Positions 18,264-28,822 of a stretch of 64,000 bases of DNA are shown here, one piece after another (positions within the stretch are counted from its first letter, which is position 1; each line of letters opens with the position of its first letter). Location: positions 100,125-164,124 of the forward strand of contig CABZHD010000001.1 in assembly GCA_902525435.1 (NCBI GenBank), given 5' to 3'. The position numbers and the translations under genes are program-made. This DNA is from an uncultured SAR86 cluster bacterium (GTDB lineage: Bacteria; Pseudomonadota; Gammaproteobacteria; Magnimaribacterales; AG-339-G14). The notes below the pieces were generated by a model. The model made no database searches, had not been told where the DNA came from, and saw only the letters and a program-made list of their open reading frames with translations.

Positions 18264-21200
18264 ATGGTAAAAGGTATAAATAAAAAATTAATAGAGCGTC
18301 CAAAAAAGAAAGGACTTTATGATCCAGCTAGCGAGAAGGATTCTTGTGGCGTTGGCTTAGTTGCCAACATAAAGGGAATCCCTTCAAGAGAAATCATGGA
18401 TGATGCCTACCTTATCAACTCTAGAATGGATCACAGAGGAGGATGTGGTTTTGAAGAAAACACAGGAGATGGAGCTGGCATTCTTCTTGCTTTACCGGAT
18501 TCTTTTTTTCAAGATCAGGCAAAAAAAATAAATATTAATCTTCCTGATTTTGGTTCTTATGCTGTAGGTAATATTTTTCTGCCCCAGGATCAAACAGAAA
18601 GATCTTTCTGCAAAAAAATTGTTGAACAAACTATTAAATCAGAAGGACAGAAATTTTTAGGTTGGAGAAAAGTTCCTATAAATCCTAAAAAGGCAGACGT
18701 TGGACCTGCTGCTAGAGATTGTCAGCCTGAGATAGAGCAAGTTTTCGTTCAAAAATCGACCAAACTTGATCAGGAGTCGTTTGAGAGAAAACTTTACTTA
18801 ATTAGAAAAATTTTCACTAAACGACTTAGATATCAAGAAAATTTGAGTCAAGCCTCTTTGTTTTATGCCTGCACCCTTTCATCGAGACTGATTGCTTACA
18901 AAGGTATGCTTACCCCAGCTCAGCTTTTCCCTTTTTTCCCAGATCTTGAAAATAAAAAATTCGAGACTCATTTGGCAATGGTTCACTCGAGATTCAGTAC
19001 GAACACTTTCCCTTCTTGGGATAGAGCTCAACCCAACAGATATATGTGTCATAACGGCGAGATAAACACTTTAAAAGGAAACATGAATCAAATGTATTCT
19101 CGACAAGGTCTTGCGAGAAGTGATTATTTCGGTTCAAAAATTAATAAATTATTCCCTATAACGGAACCAGACTGCTCTGATTCTGGTTCATTCGATAATG
19201 TTCTTGAGCTGCTAATAATGTCAGGAAGAGAACTACCTGAGGCTGCCATGATGATGATTCCTGAAGCTTGGCAAAATGACAATGAAATGAGTCCAGCAAA
19301 AAAAGCCTTTTATGAGTATTCATCATCATTTATGGAACCTTGGGATGGTCCTGCATCTATAGTTTTCACAGATGGAAATTATGTTGGAGCCGTTTTAGAT
19401 AGAAATGGGCTAAGACCGAGCAGATTTTATGTAACTGATGACGACAAAGTCATCATGGCTTCAGAGGTAGGAGTTCTTCCGGTTGATCAGTCAAAAGTTT
19501 TATCAAAAGGAAGACTTCAGCCAGGAAAAATGTTTCTTATTGATTTTGAGGAAGGCAGGATGATTCCAGATGAAGAAATCAAAAAAAGGGTCTCAAAAAA
19601 ACTTCCCTATAAAGATTGGGTAAAAAATCAAATTATAGATATCCAAGATCTAAAAACATCCAAAACAAAATATAAAGCAAACGATTTAATCTCAAGGATG
19701 CAGTCTTTTGGTTACACCACTGAAACACTTGAGTTCATGTTGCTGCCCCTTGTAACTGAGTTAAGAGATCCTCTTGGATCAATGGGAAATGATGCTGCTT
19801 TAGCATGTTTATCTGATAAACCCAGAATGATTTATGACTACTTCAAGCAACTTTTTGCTCAGATTACTAATCCAGCAATCGACTCAATAAGAGAGGAAGT
19901 AATCATGTCTCTTGAATGCCTAATAGGCCCGGAGAGTAATTTGCTCGAATCTTTAGAAGAAAATGCACATCGATTAAGATTAAAACATCCTATTCTTTCA
20001 AATGAAGAACTAATTAGTATAAAGAATAACAAAGATTATGGTTGGATTACTAAGACTATCGATATTACATACGAAAGAGGTAGTGGAGCTTCAGGCCTAA
20101 AGAAAGCTCTAAAAAGAATCTGCACTGAATCAGAGGACGCAATAAAGCAAGGATATTCTTTTGTACTTCTATCTGATAGAAATCTGTCGAAAAGTAGAGT
20201 TGCTATAAGTTCATTGCTTGCGTGTTCCTCCGTTCATCATCATTTAGTTAGAAAAGAAAAAAGAACACAATTAGGACTAATAATTGAGTCTGGCGAAGCT
20301 AGAGAGGTTCATCATCACTGCCTTCTTATCGGATATGGGGCTGATGCAATAAATCCTTACCTAGCTTTTGAAGTCTTGGAGAAATCTTTAAAAGATCAAA
20401 TACTGCAAGATAAAAAATTGAGAAATACCTCAGATTTAGTTAATGCCTATAAAAAAGGAGTTGCTAAGGGTATGTTGAAGGTCATGGCCAAAATGGGAAT
20501 ATCGACACTTCAATCTTACAAAGGTGCTCAAATTTTTGAAGCGGTTGGTTTGGCTGATGAAATAATAGATTTTTGTTTCCCGGGGACTACTAGCAGAGTA
20601 CAAGGGGTAAATTTTGAAGTTTTAGCTGAAGAAATAGAGAGAAGACATGCAATAGGTTTTCCTGAATACGATCAAAATAAAATATCTGTACTTCCTAATC
20701 CTGGAGATTTTCATTGGCGTAACGGTGGTGATTCACACATGTGGGATCCAAAATCGATTTCCTCTTTACAACTCGCCTCTCAAGCCAATGACGAGAGTAA
20801 ATATTGGGAATTCTCAAATCATGCAAATGAACAGACTACCAAGAACAGTACTTTGAGAGGCCTAATGAAATTCAAATATCCTAAAAAGGGAATTCCTTTG
20901 GATCAAGTTGAATCTGAAAAAGAAATTGTAAAAAGGTTTGCAACCGGAGCGATGTCACTAGGCTCTATCTCTACGGAAGCTCATGAATCGCTTGCATTGG
21001 CAATGAATGAACTAGGAGGTAAATCTAATACCGGTGAAGGAGGAGAAGATCCTATTAGATTTAAACCATTAAAAGATGGGAGATCTAAAAGATCGGCAAT
21101 CAAACAAGTTGCCTCTGGAAGGTTTGGTGTAACTATGTGGTACCTGACTAACTCTGACGAACTACAGATAAAGATTGCGCAAGGTGCGAAGCCGGGAGAA

Positions 21201-22823
21201 GGTGGTGAACTTCCTGGAAAAAAAGTCGATCAATATATAGCTAAGATAAGACATTCCACGCCAGGCGTTGGACTAATAAGTCCTCCTCCTCATCATGATA
21301 TCTACTCTATTGAGGACATAGCTCAATTAATTCATGATCTCAAAAATGCTAACAGGAAGGCTAGAATAAGTGTGAAGCTGGTCTCTGAAATTGGAGTTGG
21401 AACTATTGCAGCTGGAGTAGTTAAAGCAAAAACAGATCATCTGGTCATTGCTGGTCACGATGGAGGAACAGGAGCCTCTCCATTAACATCGATCAAGCAC
21501 GCAGGCCTTCCCTGGGAGCTTGGAATTGCTGAAACACACCAAACTTTGGTGATGAATAATTTAAGATCTAGGGTGGTTCTCCAAACAGATGGCCAGTTAA
21601 AGACTGGGAGAGATGTTGCTATAGCAGCCATCCTAGGAGCTGAGGAGTTTGGTTTCTCAACAGCACCACTGGTTACTTTGGGGTGCATTATGATGAGAAA
21701 GTGTCACTTAAATACTTGCCCCGTTGGAATTGCTACTCAAGATAAAGATCTAAGAGAAAAATTTAAAGGTAAGCCAGAAAACGTTGTTAATTATCTTTTT
21801 ATGGTTGCAAAAGAGCTAAGAATGATAATGGCGAAGTTAGGAATCAAAAATCTCAATGACATGATAGGAAGAGTTGATCTTCTCGAATTAGATAACGCAA
21901 TCAATCATTGGAAAAAAGATGGCATTGATTTATCAAATCTTCTTACTCCTGCTGAAATAGTATTTAAAAATACTGATGTATTTAAAACTCAAGATCAAAA
22001 TCACAATCTAGAAAAATCACTTGATCTCAAGCTACTTAAAAAGATCAAACCATCAATATTAAGTAGAGAGAAAATTACAATAAATCAGAAAATTGGGAAC
22101 ACAAACAGAGTCTTTGGCACCATTATCTCTAATGAGATCTCTAAAATCTGGGAAAACAAAGGATTGCCTGAGGATACAATTCACATGAAATTAGATGGAT
22201 CCGCTGGACAAAGTCTTGGAGCTTGGACTTGCAAAGGCATGACCATTGAGCTTGAAGGGGATGCGAATGACTATGTTGGTAAAGGACTTTCAGGTGGAAA
22301 AATAATCATCTATCCGGACAAGAGAAGTAAATTTGTAGCAGAAGATAATATTATTCTTGGAAATGTTGCACTTTATGGAGCTACAGAAGGGGAAGCATAT
22401 TTCAGAGGGATAGCCGCAGAGAGATTTTGCGTAAGAAACAGTGGAGCTAAGGTTGTAGTAGAAGGTATCGGAGATCACGGATGCGAATACATGACCGGTG
22501 GAGTAGCAGTAATTCTTGGAGATACTGGCAGAAACTTCGGTGCCGGAATGAGTGGAGGAGTTGCATACGTTTATGATTCAAAAAACTCATTCAAGAGAAA
22601 ATGCAACACCAGTACTTTTGAGTTAGAAAAATTAGAAAATGAGAATGATCTCAAAGAGCTTAAGCAACTAATAAAAAATCATAAGAAATTTACTGGTTCA
22701 GCTGTAGCGACTAGAATCTTAAATGATTGGAATAATTCAATATCAAAATTCGTGAAAGTAATGCCTACTGATTACAAAAGAGTCATGATGGAATTAAATG
22801 AAACAAAACTTAAAGTGAGTTGA
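18264..22823 (+). CDS. gltB: Glutamate synthase large subunit
   Basis: Motifs SCGVG, HSRFSTNTFPSW, HNGEINT, QGAKPGEGG, CIMMRKCHLNTCPVG. Confidence 0.98.
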   Translation: MVKGINKKLIERPKKKGLYDPASEKDSCGVGLVANIKGIPSREIMDDAYLINSRMDHRGGCGFEENTGDGAGILLALPDSFFQDQAKKININLPDFGSYAVGNIFLPQDQTERSFCKKIVEQTIKSEGQKFLGWRKVPINPKKADVGPAARDCQPEIEQVFVQKSTKLDQESFERKLYLIRKIFTKRLRYQENLSQASLFYACTLSSRLIAYKGMLTPAQLFPFFPDLENKKFETHLAMVHSRFSTNTFPSWDRAQPNRYMCHNGEINTLKGNMNQMYSRQGLARSDYFGSKINKLFPITEPDCSDSGSFDNVLELLIMSGRELPEAAMMMIPEAWQNDNEMSPAKKAFYEYSSSFMEPWDGPASIVFTDGNYVGAVLDRNGLRPSRFYVTDDDKVIMASEVGVLPVDQSKVLSKGRLQPGKMFLIDFEEGRMIPDEEIKKRVSKKLPYKDWVKNQIIDIQDLKTSKTKYKANDLISRMQSFGYTTETLEFMLLPLVTELRDPLGSMGNDAALACLSDKPRMIYDYFKQLFAQITNPAIDSIREEVIMSLECLIGPESNLLESLEENAHRLRLKHPILSNEELISIKNNKDYGWITKTIDITYERGSGASGLKKALKRICTESEDAIKQGYSFVLLSDRNLSKSRVAISSLLACSSVHHHLVRKEKRTQLGLIIESGEAREVHHHCLLIGYGADAINPYLAFEVLEKSLKDQILQDKKLRNTSDLVNAYKKGVAKGMLKVMAKMGISTLQSYKGAQIFEAVGLADEIIDFCFPGTTSRVQGVNFEVLAEEIERRHAIGFPEYDQNKISVLPNPGDFHWRNGGDSHMWDPKSISSLQLASQANDESKYWEFSNHANEQTTKNSTLRGLMKFKYPKKGIPLDQVESEKEIVKRFATGAMSLGSISTEAHESLALAMNELGGKSNTGEGGEDPIRFKPLKDGRSKRSAIKQVASGRFGVTMWYLTNSDELQIKIAQGAKPGEGGELPGKKVDQYIAKIRHSTPGVGLISPPPHHDIYSIEDIAQLIHDLKNANRKARISVKLVSEIGVGTIAAGVVKAKTDHLVIAGHDGGTGASPLTSIKHAGLPWELGIAETHQTLVMNNLRSRVVLQTDGQLKTGRDVAIAAILGAEEFGFSTAPLVTLGCIMMRKCHLNTCPVGIATQDKDLREKFKGKPENVVNYLFMVAKELRMIMAKLGIKNLNDMIGRVDLLELDNAINHWKKDGIDLSNLLTPAEIVFKNTDVFKTQDQNHNLEKSLDLKLLKKIKPSILSREKITINQKIGNTNRVFGTIISNEISKIWENKGLPEDTIHMKLDGSAGQSLGAWTCKGMTIELEGDANDYVGKGLSGGKIIIYPDKRSKFVAEDNIILGNVALYGATEGEAYFRGIAAERFCVRNSGAKVVVEGIGDHGCEYMTGGVAVILGDTGRNFGAGMSGGVAYVYDSKNSFKRKCNTSTFELEKLENENDLKELKQLIKNHKKFTGSAVATRILNDWNNSISKFVKVMPTDYKRVMMELNETKLKVS

Positions 22824-22824
22824 G

Positions 22825-24270
22825 ATGGGAAAAGTAACTGGCTTTAAAGAATTCTCTAGAGAAGTTGAGCCTTACAGGCCAGCTAAGTCTAGGGTTTTGG
22901 ACTTCAAAGAAATATACACTGATCATGACGATAAGCTCCTGAATACTCAAGCGGCCAGATGTATGAATTGTGGTGTGCCCTTCTGTCAATCAGGTGAAGG
23001 CTGTCCTGTATACAATTTAATTCCTGAGTGGAATGATTTGGTCTACAACGAGCAGTGGGAAGACGCATTTGATAGGCTTTTCAAAACAAATAATTTTCCA
23101 GAAGTTACTGGAAGAGTCTGTCCAGCAGTCTGCGAAGGAGCTTGTGTTTTAGGTATAACTGAGACTCCTGTCGCTATTAAAAATCTAGAATTTGCAATCG
23201 CTGACAAAGGAATAAAATCTGGATGGCTTAAGCCTAAAGTTCCAGAAGTTAGAACCAATAGAAAAATAGCTATAGTCGGATCAGGTCCCGCTGGTCTTTC
23301 AGCAGCTCAACAACTAAATAGTGTTGGCCATTCTGTTGAAGTCTTTGAAAGATCTGACCGCATCGGTGGATTAATGATGTATGGAATTCCTAACATGAAA
23401 CTCGATAAATCAATATTAGATATGAGAATTGAGATTATGGAGAAGGAAGGAATAGTTTTTCACACGAATACTGATATTGGTGCTCCGAATTCACCCTCTC
23501 TTGAAAACCTTATCAACGAGAATGATTCTGTCCTCTTAACTACTGGAGCTACTAAACCCAGAGATCTGGCCATCCCTGGCAGAGAAGGAGATGGTGTTCA
23601 CTTTGCCATGGAATTTCTTGGTAAAAACACTAAAAGTCTATTGGACAGCAAACTCAAAAATAATAATTTTATCTCTGCTAAAGATAAGAACGTAATTGTC
23701 ATTGGTGGAGGAGATACAGGAAACGATTGCCTTGGCACATCATTAAGACACAAGTGCAAAAGTCTTCTTAATTTTGAAATAATGCCTGAGTTGCCAAAAG
23801 ATAGAGCAGATAACAATCCTTGGCCTCTTTTTCCTAGAATACATAAAGTTGATTATGGCCATGAAGAATCAATCGAGGTATTAGGAAAAGATCCGAGGGA
23901 ATATTCAATCTCTGGCAAAGAATTTTTAAGAGATGAGTCTGGAAAGTTAATAGGAATCAAAACGGTAATGGTTGATTCAGCTTTTAAAGAAATTAAAGGA
24001 ACTGAAAAAACTTGGAAAGCAGATCTTATTCTTCTAGCGATGGGTTTTCTGGGGCCTGAGAACTATATCAATCAAGAAGTAGATATAGATCTCGATGAAA
24101 GATCTAATTTTAAGGCAGATCATAATATCCATAAAACCTCACATCCAAAAGTTTTTGCTGCTGGGGATTGCAGAAGAGGCCAATCACTTGTTGTTTGGGC
24201 TATAAATGAGGGAAGAGCCGCTGCGCGAGAAATTGATAAAGAATTAATGGGCTCTACTGCTCTTATTTAG
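22825..24270 (+). CDS. gltD: Glutamate synthase small subunit
   Basis: Motifs [39 protein letters not shown]. Confidence 0.98.
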   Translation: MGKVTGFKEFSREVEPYRPAKSRVLDFKEIYTDHDDKLLNTQAARCMNCGVPFCQSGEGCPVYNLIPEWNDLVYNEQWEDAFDRLFKTNNFPEVTGRVCPAVCEGACVLGITETPVAIKNLEFAIADKGIKSGWLKPKVPEVRTNRKIAIVGSGPAGLSAAQQLNSVGHSVEVFERSDRIGGLMMYGIPNMKLDKSILDMRIEIMEKEGIVFHTNTDIGAPNSPSLENLINENDSVLLTTGATKPRDLAIPGREGDGVHFAMEFLGKNTKSLLDSKLKNNNFISAKDKNVIVIGGGDTGNDCLGTSLRHKCKSLLNFEIMPELPKDRADNNPWPLFPRIHKVDYGHEESIEVLGKDPREYSISGKEFLRDESGKLIGIKTVMVDSAFKEIKGTEKTWKADLILLAMGFLGPENYINQEVDIDLDERSNFKADHNIHKTSHPKVFAAGDCRRGQSLVVWAINEGRAAAREIDKELMGSTALI

Positions 24271-25150
24271 AGTAATCTGAGTCTATCTTTCTCATCAATC
24301 CTTCTTGGATAGCTGAAGCTACCAATATTCCATCCTGTGTATAAACGCTCCCTCTGTTGAAACCTTTTGCATTACTTGCACTGGGGCTATCTGTTACATA
24401 TAACAACCATTCGTCCGCTCTGAAAGGTCTATGAAACCACATGGCATGGTCAATACTCGCAGCCATTACTTTTCTGTTCATACCTCCCCAACCGATACCA
24501 TGCGGAAGTTGTGCTGTGCTGAGCAAACCAAAATCTGATGCGTAAGCCAATATGTTTTGATGGACAAGAATATCATCTGGAAGGTTTCCATTTGCCTTCA
24601 TCCACGTATGTTTATAAGGAGGTTTTTTTTCACTATTTAATGGATTGAATTGCTCAACTGTTCTTAATTCAATTGCTTTCTCTCTAAGAAATCCATCCCT
24701 GTACTCTTCAGGAATTTGATCCATCATTGACTCTCTTAATTCCCTTTCACTTTTGAGCTCTTCAGGACCAGGAACATCAGGCATGTCAAATTGATGTTCG
24801 AAGCCGCCCTCGTCCTTTTGAAAAGAAACAGACATATTAAAAATTGCCTCACCGTTTTGAATAGCATCAACCGTTCTCGTTGTAAAACTTCCTCCATCTC
24901 TTATTCTTACTACTTGATAAACAATGGGGATGTCTATTCTTCCAGGCCTTAAAAAATAAGCATGAAAAGAATGAGCATATCTTTCCTCTTCAATGGTGTT
25001 ATAGGCTGCACTTAAGGCTTGGCCTAAAACTTGACCACCGAAGACTCTGCCCCATGCAGTTTTTTCGCATTCACCTCTGAAAAGGTTCTCTTCTAATTTT
25101 TCTAAATTAAGCGTTTGAACTAAATCATCTAAACTTTTTTGTGACGACAT
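24263..25150 (-). CDS. tesB: Acyl-CoA thioesterase II
   Basis: Motifs [37 protein letters not shown]. Confidence 0.95.
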   Translation of the reverse strand: MSSQKSLDDLVQTLNLEKLEENLFRGECEKTAWGRVFGGQVLGQALSAAYNTIEEERYAHSFHAYFLRPGRIDIPIVYQVVRIRDGGSFTTRTVDAIQNGEAIFNMSVSFQKDEGGFEHQFDMPDVPGPEELKSERELRESMMDQIPEEYRDGFLREKAIELRTVEQFNPLNSEKKPPYKHTWMKANGNLPDDILVHQNILAYASDFGLLSTAQLPHGIGWGGMNRKVMAASIDHAMWFHRPFRADEWLLYVTDSPSASNAKGFNRGSVYTQDGILVASAIQEGLMRKIDSDYSK

Positions 25151-25935
25151 TAATTTTCCTCAATTGTGTGATCAACTTCAGTCCCAGGAGTTTTTATAGA
25201 AGTCTTACCAACTACTTTTGCTGGAACACCAGCCACGGTCATGTGTTCAGGAACATCTTCTAAAACCACGCTTCCAGCAGCTATTTTTGCACCTTCGCCT
25301 ATTTCAACATTTCCTAAGATTTTAGCTCCTGAACTTATTAAGACTCCCTTCCTTACTTTGGGGTGTCTATCCCCTATCTCTTTTCCTGTTCCACCAAGAG
25401 TAACTCCCTGGAATATAGAAACATCATCCTCAATCACTGAAGTTTCTCCAATCACTATTCCAGTAGCATGATCAAGCATTATTCCTTTTCCAATAGTAGC
25501 TGCAGGATGAATATCTACGCCATAAACTTGCGAGGTTCTGCTTTGTAGAAAATAAGATAAAAGAGTTTCTTTTTTCCAATGATAATTAGAGGCCCTGTAG
25601 GCCTGCAAAGCTGAGAATCCTTTTGAAAATAAGAATGTTTCCAAAATGGTATTCGTTGCGGGATCTCTGGAAATAACCGCATTAAGATCTTTTTCAATAG
25701 CTTTTGAAACATCTTTGGTATTAAGGGCCTGCAAAATACTTGGAAATAATTTTTTTTCAGAAAAAGACCATGCTTGAGATAAATCTCTGGATAATTTTAA
25801 GCTAATGGAAGAAATAAAATCATCATTAGATAAAACCAAAGACTCCAAAAAGTCTTTATAATCTTCATTGGATTTAATATAGTCCTCAGCCTCAGATTGA
25901 AGCTTTGTCCATATATTGTTATCTACGGCATTCAT
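25150..25935 (-). CDS. cysE: Serine O-acetyltransferase
   Basis: Motifs RDPA, VDIHPAA, DHATGIVIGET, TLGGTGKE, RHPK. Confidence 0.95.
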   Translation of the reverse strand: MNAVDNNIWTKLQSEAEDYIKSNEDYKDFLESLVLSNDDFISSISLKLSRDLSQAWSFSEKKLFPSILQALNTKDVSKAIEKDLNAVISRDPATNTILETFLFSKGFSALQAYRASNYHWKKETLLSYFLQSRTSQVYGVDIHPAATIGKGIMLDHATGIVIGETSVIEDDVSIFQGVTLGGTGKEIGDRHPKVRKGVLISSGAKILGNVEIGEGAKIAAGSVVLEDVPEHMTVAGVPAKVVGKTSIKTPGTEVDHTIEEN

Positions 25936-26029
25936 AAAAAAAAAGAAGTCTAGACGAAGTTAACAAAAAGTCATAGCTATATATTTGAAGTTTTAGGGTA
26001 TAAAGGATAATAATTTATAAAAGAATAAT

Positions 26030-27016
26030 ATGACAATTTCAACTTCCCAAAATCTAAGCGCTACTCCAGATATTAAGGTCAGCGTTGGAAATACCTTTGG
26101 CTTTGACTCTAGTCTAGAAGTACCGGCCTTTTCTGAACCAAGTGAATACGTTCCTGCTCTTGATCCCGACTATTGTTTTGACAAAGAGACAACCCTCTCA
26201 ATTCTTGCAGGATTTTCGCATAATCGTCGAGTAATGATTCAAGGTTTGCACGGTTCTGGCAAATCAACTCACATTGAACAAGTCGCTTCAAGATTAAATT
26301 GGCCTTGTGTGAGGATTAATCTAGATAGTCATATCAGTAGATTGGACTTGCTGGGCAAAGATGCAATTGTTATCGAAGATGGAAAGCAATTAACAAAGTT
26401 TGTGGAGGGTATACTGCCATGGGCAATACAGAATTCTGTTGCCTTAGTATTTGATGAGTATGATGCGGGAAGACCGGATGTAATGTTTGTCATTCAAAGA
26501 GTTCTTGAAGCTGAAGGAAAATTAACCTTGTTGGATCAAAATAGGGTTTTGACGCCTAATCCGTATTTTAGATTATTTGCAACAGCAAACACCGTAGGTT
26601 TGGGAGATAGTACTGGTCTTTATCATGGGACACAGCAGATAAATCAGGGACAAATGGATAGATGGCAAATCGTGTCAGTTTTAAACTATTTAGATGAGGA
26701 ACTTGAACAAAAGGTTATTCTTTCAAAAGTAAAAGATCTAGATAACAAAGAAGGAAAAGAAACTGTTCTAAATATGATTAGACTTGCCAACTTAACAAGA
26801 AAAGGCTTTGAGAGCGGAGATATATCAACATTAATGTCGCCTAGAACAGTCATTAGTTGGGCAGAAAATTATTCTATTTTTGAGGATTTGGTTAAATCAT
26901 TCGAGCTGAGTTTTCTCAACAAGTCAGATGAAACTGAAAGACCAATCATTTCAGAATACTTTCAGAGATGTTTTGGTGCTGAAACCAATAGTTCCATAAG
27001 CTCTGAATCCAATTAA
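26030..27016 (+). CDS. cobS: CobS-type AAA+ ATPase
   Basis: Motifs GLHGSGKSTHIEQ, FDEYDAGRPD, GLYHGTQQINQGQMDRW, MSPRTV. Confidence 0.9.
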   Translation: MTISTSQNLSATPDIKVSVGNTFGFDSSLEVPAFSEPSEYVPALDPDYCFDKETTLSILAGFSHNRRVMIQGLHGSGKSTHIEQVASRLNWPCVRINLDSHISRLDLLGKDAIVIEDGKQLTKFVEGILPWAIQNSVALVFDEYDAGRPDVMFVIQRVLEAEGKLTLLDQNRVLTPNPYFRLFATANTVGLGDSTGLYHGTQQINQGQMDRWQIVSVLNYLDEELEQKVILSKVKDLDNKEGKETVLNMIRLANLTRKGFESGDISTLMSPRTVISWAENYSIFEDLVKSFELSFLNKSDETERPIISEYFQRCFGAETNSSISSESN

Positions 27017-27019
27017 ATT

Positions 27020-28765
27020 TTGTTAGAGAAATCTGATAAACAAACCATAAAGGATGCGCTTGCAGCTTCGGCTAAAGCTATTTCTGAAGATACAGAATTA
27101 AATGTAAATTTTGGAATAGAGAACCTTAGACAAAGCTCTTTGCCAGAACCACTTCAACCCGTTAAAAACTTTAATGATCTGAGGGCAAAATCTGATCAAG
27201 TGGCTCTTATAAGTAAATATTCAAGTGATAATTTATTCACACATAGAGATGCAAAAGTAAATGAAATCATCAAGGACTTAGACCTTACTAGAGTCGAGCT
27301 GCTGGGCTCAAAAAAATTTCTAGGAGTTTCAAAAAACCTTGAATTTCTTTTTCAGAAAAATATTAATTCTTTAGATGCTAATGAAGACTCTTCTTCTGTA
27401 GCTATCTCGCATTGGTTGAGATCTGAACTTCTCGGACAAGAATTAGGACGTCCTGATTCAAAAAAATTTGAAGATCTTTATGAAAAACTTATTTCTTTTC
27501 AGGAGAAATACTTAGGGCAATTAGAAGAGTCTTTAGAAAGTTCGTTGGACTTTTCCAAAGTCATCTTTTCTTTACTAAAAGATCTTGAGATTAGCGTGGA
27601 TGAGCAACAGCCTGAAGAAGAAAATGATGAGAAGAATGAAGAAGAAAATGAAGATGAGTCCAGCGAAGAAGAAAATCAGGAAGAGGAAGAAGAAACTGAC
27701 TCAGAGGATGGGCAAAGTGACGAGCAAGATACTTCTATAGAAGATGAAGAAATGGATATCGAAGAGGGAGAAGTAGATGCTGATGAAGATTCATGGATTG
27801 AAAATAGATCAAAATTAGAAGAACTTCTTAAAAAAGTTGGGGAACAAGAATACAAAGTTTACACGAAAGATTTTGATGAAGAAGTTAAAGCGGAGGAGTT
27901 ATGCGACTCTGAAGAATTAGCTAGATTAAGAGGAAGATTGGATCAATTAATGGAATCCAGTAAAAATGCCATAGCGAAATTAGCTAATAGACTGCAAAGA
28001 TTATTATTAGCTCAACAGAATAGATCTTGGGAATTTGATAAGGAGGAAGGTCAGCTAGATCCAAGCAAACTTCACAAAATTATCGTAGATCCTCTCACCC
28101 CACTGAGTTTTAAAATTGAAAAGGACTCAGAGTTTAAAGATACTCTTGTTTCTATTTTGGTTGATAGCTCTGGATCTATGAGAGGAAGATCAATGACTAC
28201 TGCAGCAATCTGTGCAGATATCATTGGCAGCACTCTTGATCGATGCAATATAAAAACAGAGATTCTTGGATTTACAACTAAACACTGGAAAGGTGGAGAC
28301 TCCAGAAAGTTATGGTTAGAGCAAGGCAAAATCCCTAATCCAGGGCGCTTAAATGACTTGAGACACATAATCTTCAAACCTGCAGATCAAGCTTGGAGAC
28401 GGGGACGAAAAAATCTAGGACTGATGCTCAGAGAGGGGCTTTTAAAAGAAAATGTAGATGGAGAAGCATTGATGTGGGCTCAAAACAGACTAAATAAAAG
28501 ACCTGAGCAAAGAAAAATATTAATGGTTATTTCAGATGGAGCCCCTGTTGATGACAGTACGCTTTCGACAAACTCTACCAATTATCTTGATACTCATCTA
28601 CGAGATGTTATAAAAAAAGTAGAAACCGCGTCTGAAACAGAGCTTATTGCGATCGGTATCGGACATGATGTTACAAGATACTATAAAAAAGCAGTCACCA
28701 TTCACAGAGCAGAAGAGTTAGGAGGTGCTATGCTTGATCAATTAACCTCACTGTTTGAAACCTGA
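27020..28765 (+). CDS. cobT: CobT-type vWA protein with acidic linker
   Basis: Motifs [47 protein letters not shown]. Confidence 0.9.
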   Translation: MLEKSDKQTIKDALAASAKAISEDTELNVNFGIENLRQSSLPEPLQPVKNFNDLRAKSDQVALISKYSSDNLFTHRDAKVNEIIKDLDLTRVELLGSKKFLGVSKNLEFLFQKNINSLDANEDSSSVAISHWLRSELLGQELGRPDSKKFEDLYEKLISFQEKYLGQLEESLESSLDFSKVIFSLLKDLEISVDEQQPEEENDEKNEEENEDESSEEENQEEEEETDSEDGQSDEQDTSIEDEEMDIEEGEVDADEDSWIENRSKLEELLKKVGEQEYKVYTKDFDEEVKAEELCDSEELARLRGRLDQLMESSKNAIAKLANRLQRLLLAQQNRSWEFDKEEGQLDPSKLHKIIVDPLTPLSFKIEKDSEFKDTLVSILVDSSGSMRGRSMTTAAICADIIGSTLDRCNIKTEILGFTTKHWKGGDSRKLWLEQGKIPNPGRLNDLRHIIFKPADQAWRRGRKNLGLMLREGLLKENVDGEALMWAQNRLNKRPEQRKILMVISDGAPVDDSTLSTNSTNYLDTHLRDVIKKVETASETELIAIGIGHDVTRYYKKAVTIHRAEELGGAMLDQLTSLFET

Positions 28766-28822
28766 TTAAATTGACCCTAGGCATTCAAAATGCTTTAATA
28801 AATTTTTAAAAAAGGTACACAT

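Noticed and set aside
18106-18303. 65-aa minus-strand ORF in the aroB-gltB gap
   Set aside because: It is antisense to the riboswitch leader and gltB start and has no protein features.
27600-27790. GAA-rich low-complexity tract
   Set aside because: This is the usual acidic linker of CobT, not a separate repeat element.
28771-28804. MerR-type promoter upstream of the diiron gene
   Set aside because: No good -10 box at 19-bp spacing and the dyad arms are only 5 bp; kept only as a weak note.
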